Assembly (NCBI GenBank): GCA_907165135.1
Contig: OU015568.1
Location: forward strand, 3,596,001-3,660,000
Direction of reading: 5' to 3'
DNA length: 64,000 nucleotides
DNA from: Oikopleura dioica
Taxonomy: Eukaryota > Animalia > Chordata
Within the stretch, counting starts at the first letter, position 1; every line of letters begins with the position of its first letter. This document shows, piece by piece, positions 59,238-64,000 of the stretch. A program made the translations under genes and the position numbers. The notes under the pieces were generated by a model. It was not told the origin of the DNA and made no database searches. It was given only the letters and a program-made list of their open reading frames with translations.

Positions 59238-59832
59238 CTTTTTTATCTTATTCGATTTGATTTCTGCTCAAAAATATTCTAGACACGAAATTTAAAGCAG
59301 ATTTGTTTGAGATCTTTGATGGAAAGACATATTTCCACGGTTGATTTGATGCATTTTTATGAAATAGGATTCTCGCTCCTACAGTAGTTTTTCAATTCTA
59401 TGTCGCGAGGACAAGATAATGCGTTGAATAATCGAAATACATGCTTTTATTTCTGTTCAAATACAGTCGCGAGAGAGACTGAAAGAGAATGTTTCCTTTC
59501 GGAAAACTCGATTATATAGAACCGTTATATTATATAACTTATATAAGAAAATATCATCTTTTTTTTGGCAATTTTTCAGCTTCCTGTGGAAAGAATCAAT
59601 TAATCTTTGCATATGATAATTTTTTTCTAGCCATCCTTATATAGCTAGAATTCAACACCAAAAATTTTTAAATTTATTCTGTCTAATATCCTGACAACAA
59701 ATCATCATCAGCTCGAGCGCCCCCTATTTCCGCTATTCTATGCTCCGCTCACCTAGATATAAAGAAAACACCGAGGGCTGTCAAACCCATATTATTAAGT
59801 ATCCACAAAACCACATTTACAAATAAAGCAAG

Positions 59833-60003
59833 ATGAACTTTCTCCTCATTCTGATGGTCCTTGTCTCAAGTATCTCTGCCTCACGAATTCCGACTTCAAT
59901 TGCTACTCAAAAGACGGTAGCATCGTCCGCAAGTCAAGCTGAAATTCGAAGACGACAGAAAGCTCTTATTTACTGGATGAGACTGTATCATCGAAGCATG
60001 TAA
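59833..60003 (+). CDS. 56-aa secreted cationic micropeptide
   Basis: Signal MNFLLILMVLVSSISA, TATAAA about 75 bp upstream, AATAAA just downstream. Confidence 0.65.
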   Translation: MNFLLILMVLVSSISASRIPTSIATQKTVASSASQAEIRRRQKALIYWMRLYHRSM

Positions 60004-60189
60004 AAAAGAACCATCTGCTTGTAACAAATAAAATTAATAAAAATAAAATCTTGATTTCAAACAACGAATCTTTCGCAATTTTATTTTAATAGCATAGGAC
60101 AACATCGTCGATTCTTATCAATATTTTGGCATCCCGTTGCAGGATTTGCGAGTTGGAAATTTTTCATTTCAAAAATTTTAGTCGGCGAT

Positions 60190-63100
60190 ATGCGGACAAA
60201 ATTATCATGGTGTCTTGCATCCCTTTTATTTAGCCTAGAGAGTACTGTAGAAGCACAGGGTTGGAAAGAGAAGAAATCCTGGCTGAAGAAATGGGCGAGA
60301 ATGGGTCCTCAGCCAACTCCTGTGGAGATAGTGACAACAAGGAAGAGTAGAAAAATAACAATTTTATAAATAGGCTTTATCGTTATTCAATCTTGAATTT
60401 TTTTTGAATTTCAATAATTTCATTTCTTTACGGGATAATTTATTATTATTCTATGAATCATCTATGTTCTAGTTTCATACTCACTTTTTGTTCTTTCTTA
60501 CCGGTATTAACAGTCTTGTATAATATTTAAAAATCAAATATCCTCAGAAATTTATAATAAATTATCATATCTACCAAGAAACCCAATCATGTTTAGGGTT
60601 TCTCATGATTTCGATGAAAATATAATCGTGGAATAAGAGGTTTTGATAGGAAAAAATGAATCGAGATTGACGTAAATTAAAATCATGATACCAAATTTCC
60701 TTCTTTCAGTTTTCTCGAAATCAAATTCGAGTGAAAAAATACGACTAACGAAGATTATGTAAAATATTATAACGAAGTTAAAGGCATTATCACTTGATTT
60801 TGACTCGCTAAAGTCAACTAGAAACAACAGCAATGACTGTCGCCGCCGATGAAGGATTTGTCCTCCAGACATCGGCTTGTAATGGTGTTACTTGCGGCGC
60901 TGCCGAATTATGCGTCGAGGATCAATACGCAGCTGGCGGATATCGCTGCGAGTGCGATGCCGGATACAGACTTTACAATACCACCTGCAAAGAAACGATT
61001 CTAGCGACCGAAACGCACGAATCAAAAGTCGTCTTTGACGCTCAACAAGAAGGAACAATTGCAGGGAACGGGGGGCAAACGGCAGAAGAAGGATACAAAG
61101 AGCAGTTTTACCCATCATCTTTGATCGATCAAAGCCAGATAGAGATTTTTGTAGCTGAAGGTGGATACGCTTCTGCGGTCGATTTTCGCTCAGATGGATT
61201 TTACGCAATTCTTCACTTGGTCATCGAAATAGTCATCGACCCGAGTGCGACATTGACGACGGACGATTTGGATACAGCCTTGTCGGGTGAATCCAGATCG
61301 CTAAGTTACGAGGGCAGCTCAGAATTCGACAGCGTCATATACGATAACGATTTGTCTTACGCCATCATGGAGTGTCCATTCTATCAATATAAAGGAACGG
61401 AATTATGAATAATTATTTTAATTTTTTTATTAATCCTCTCATAAAAATCTATGCTCTCTATGACGAATCATTTTTTAAATTTATTTGAAATTCCACCAAA
61501 AAAGATACCTGTGGCGCCTATGCTTGCCGGAAATCATGCGAGTCTGAAGCCGAAGGACTGACTGAATACTGCTCAGAGCTTTCCGTCGCATCCTGCGAGG
61601 CGGGATGCTTGTGTGATTCTACGATGGTGCAGTTTTCGCGCGATTTCAGCTCTGCTTGTGTCCCTGTTAGTGAGTGTCCACATTTGAATTGCCCATCGGG
61701 AACACAATATAACTGGACGCTGACGGTCGATTACGATACTGGTTTTTGTAAGGACGACGATGAGTGTTTGACTGATCCATGCGATCCTTATGCTACCTGT
61801 ACAAATACATATGGGAGCTTCGAATGCGCATGTTTATCAGGCTGGGGTGTTGAGCTATTCAAATTTATGTTGCTAAAGAGCCATTTTTTACCCCAAAAGG
61901 TTTTACTGGAGACGGATTTACCTGCTCGGATATCGATGAATGCGCTGATGGACTTGACGATTGCGATGTAAATGCTGACTGTTATGATACTATGGGAGGA
62001 TTTGAATGTACTTGCATCGCTGGATGGAAAGGCAATGGAACATTTTGCGAAAACATGGATGAATGTACAGGATTTGGTTGAATTTGACGTAGAAAAAGTA
62101 TGGTAATCAGGATAAAATTTATGTCATCAATAAGCATTCTTTCCATTCAACTTTTATGGAAGAAGCTCCTCCTTGTGACTCAATTGGCGGCTTGTGCACG
62201 GACACAGTTGGCAGTTTCACGTGTGCTTGTGATGCTGGTTTTTCCGGAGACGGATTAAATTGCACGAACATTGATGAGTGTCTTTTGAGTCCATGCCATG
62301 CTGATGCTGTCTGCGATGATTTGGTGGGAAGCTTTACTTGCTCCTGTAAACCGGGCTATTCCGGCGATGGTTTCGTCTGTCAAGATGTAGATGAATGTTT
62401 AGTTAGTGGGTTTCCATACTAGCGACTTTAACCCAAAGAAAAATCACGAGTTTGTCTATTTTTATCATAAATTTTGCTTAGTTGAAACCCTTTTTTGAGA
62501 CAATCTTGACAATTGCGATGCAAACGCAAACTGTACCAACTCTCCGGGGACCTTTTCCTGTTCCTGTAATTCTGGCTACTCTGGCGACGGCACCAACTGC
62601 ACAAACATTGATGAATGCGCAATGGATACCCATCTGTGTGATGCTCAAGGGACATGTGTTGACTTGGAAGGATCGCACTCCTGTGTCTGTGACTCAGGAT
62701 ATGAAACAGGCGGCGACGGATTCTCTTGTGTCGACATTGACGAGTGTGCCGTCGGCACTGACAATTGCTCTGCCGATTCTGACTGCAGCAATACTGTAGG
62801 AAGCTTCACATGCGCTTGTAAAACCGGCTTTTCTGGAGACGGATTGACCTGTAGTGACATCGACGAGTGCGTATCTTCTCCTTGCGTCGGTCTAGCCACA
62901 TGTACGAATAATCACGGCTCCTTTACGTGCACCTGCGGGACGGGTTTCACCGGCGACGGAATTAACACATGTGATAATATCAACGAATGTGACTCCTCTC
63001 CTTGCGATCAATACGCTAGCTGTACAGACAACATCGGAAGCTACACCTGCGTTTGTAACAGTGGCTTTCTCGGAAACGGCTTCTTGTGTTTTGACATCGA

Positions 63101-64000
63101 CGAATGCGCTGGAGATCCTTGTGTAGCACTTGCAACTTGTAACAACATCCCTGGCAGCTTTGAGTGCCCTTGTAACTCGGGATATGAAGGTGATGGAGTG
63201 ACGGAATGCACGGACATTGACGAGTGCGCGTTGGACTTTTGCGATACCAACGCTTCCTGTAACAACACCATTGGCTCTGTCGACTGTACATGCAATGTTG
63301 GATACAGTGGCAATGGAACTTACTGCGAAAACGTCAACGAATGCGATCAAGTAGACGTTTGTCAAGAATATTCGACGTGTACGGATACTGTTGGCTCCTT
63401 TTACTGTACCTGCAACGCTGGGTACAGGCTTCATACTGCACAAATTGGATCTGAAGATGGCGACACGATTGATTTGTGTGTGGAAATTGTTGATTGCCAG
63501 GTATTGCGCAGGAGAGAAACGGAGAATTTTTCGTGCGATTTTAATCTTTCGCAAAATTATAATCAAAAATAAAATTAATTTTTTTTTTCGCGGTGAGAAA
63601 ATGAGAGTCCGTGAGTCATGGAAAAAACTGTATCTGAAGCATGATCTCAGAAAATTATCACCTTCACTGGGTGATGGAAAATTATTGCTTTGTCATAATC
63701 AAGCCGATATTTTTTTATTAAATATTTTAATTTGTCTGAATAGAGCTCGAAATTTCCGAGTTTCGGACGATTTACGGGCGAAATTTATCATAATTTTCAA
63801 GATCAGTGACCATGAGTGTAGGATGGCTTCCGTGGAGGGTGTTCGCATAGCTGCGCAGCCGGGGAATGCCTCTGCCCAGCTTGTTGGGAGCTGGGACTCA
63901 ATGGAAAAGATTGCTCCCCGAGTCCTCAGGAGACAGAGGTGGTATGCTCCGCAGCTGGCATTGATATCAAGAGTAAGGGAAAATATTGGTGTAGAGACAG
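60190..64000 (+). CDS. Extracellular Ca-binding EGF repeat protein (fibrillin-like), probably continues beyond window
   Basis: Signal exon MRTKLSWCLASLLF..., many D(I/V)DEC...C.NT.GSF.C.C..GF.GDG repeats, and a TIL-like Cys module. Confidence 0.9.

Overview
This is compact, AT-rich eukaryotic DNA with 37-56 nt introns, occasional GA/GC donors and short intergenic spacers. That pattern fits a larvacean tunicate such as Oikopleura (inference). Host genes include RBFOX, a sulfotransferase, UPF1, a SEPT7-like septin, a PLA2-fold protein, an SH2 protein, C-type-lectin-like paralogs, several low-complexity secreted or membrane proteins and a Ca-EGF repeat protein. At least six non-autonomous DNA transposons are interspersed. 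The main feature is a complete 19,095-bp Maverick/Polinton endogenous virus at 39553-58647, with 443-bp TIRs, AGTAGT termini and a 6-bp GAGTCT target-site duplication. It is inserted inside a 45-nt intron of a host membrane-protein gene. It encodes a packaging ATPase, integrase, putative minor capsid, basic core protein, adenain-type protease, major capsid and a deleted pPolB. Unusually, its capsid, polymerase and accessory genes are interrupted by at least 18 host-style spliceosomal mini-introns. It also carries a cluster of small spliced single-pass membrane protein genes and an acidic protein with RxL and SIM motifs. This copy is decayed (nonsense, frameshift and deletion lesions). All exon structures and alignments were derived by eye.
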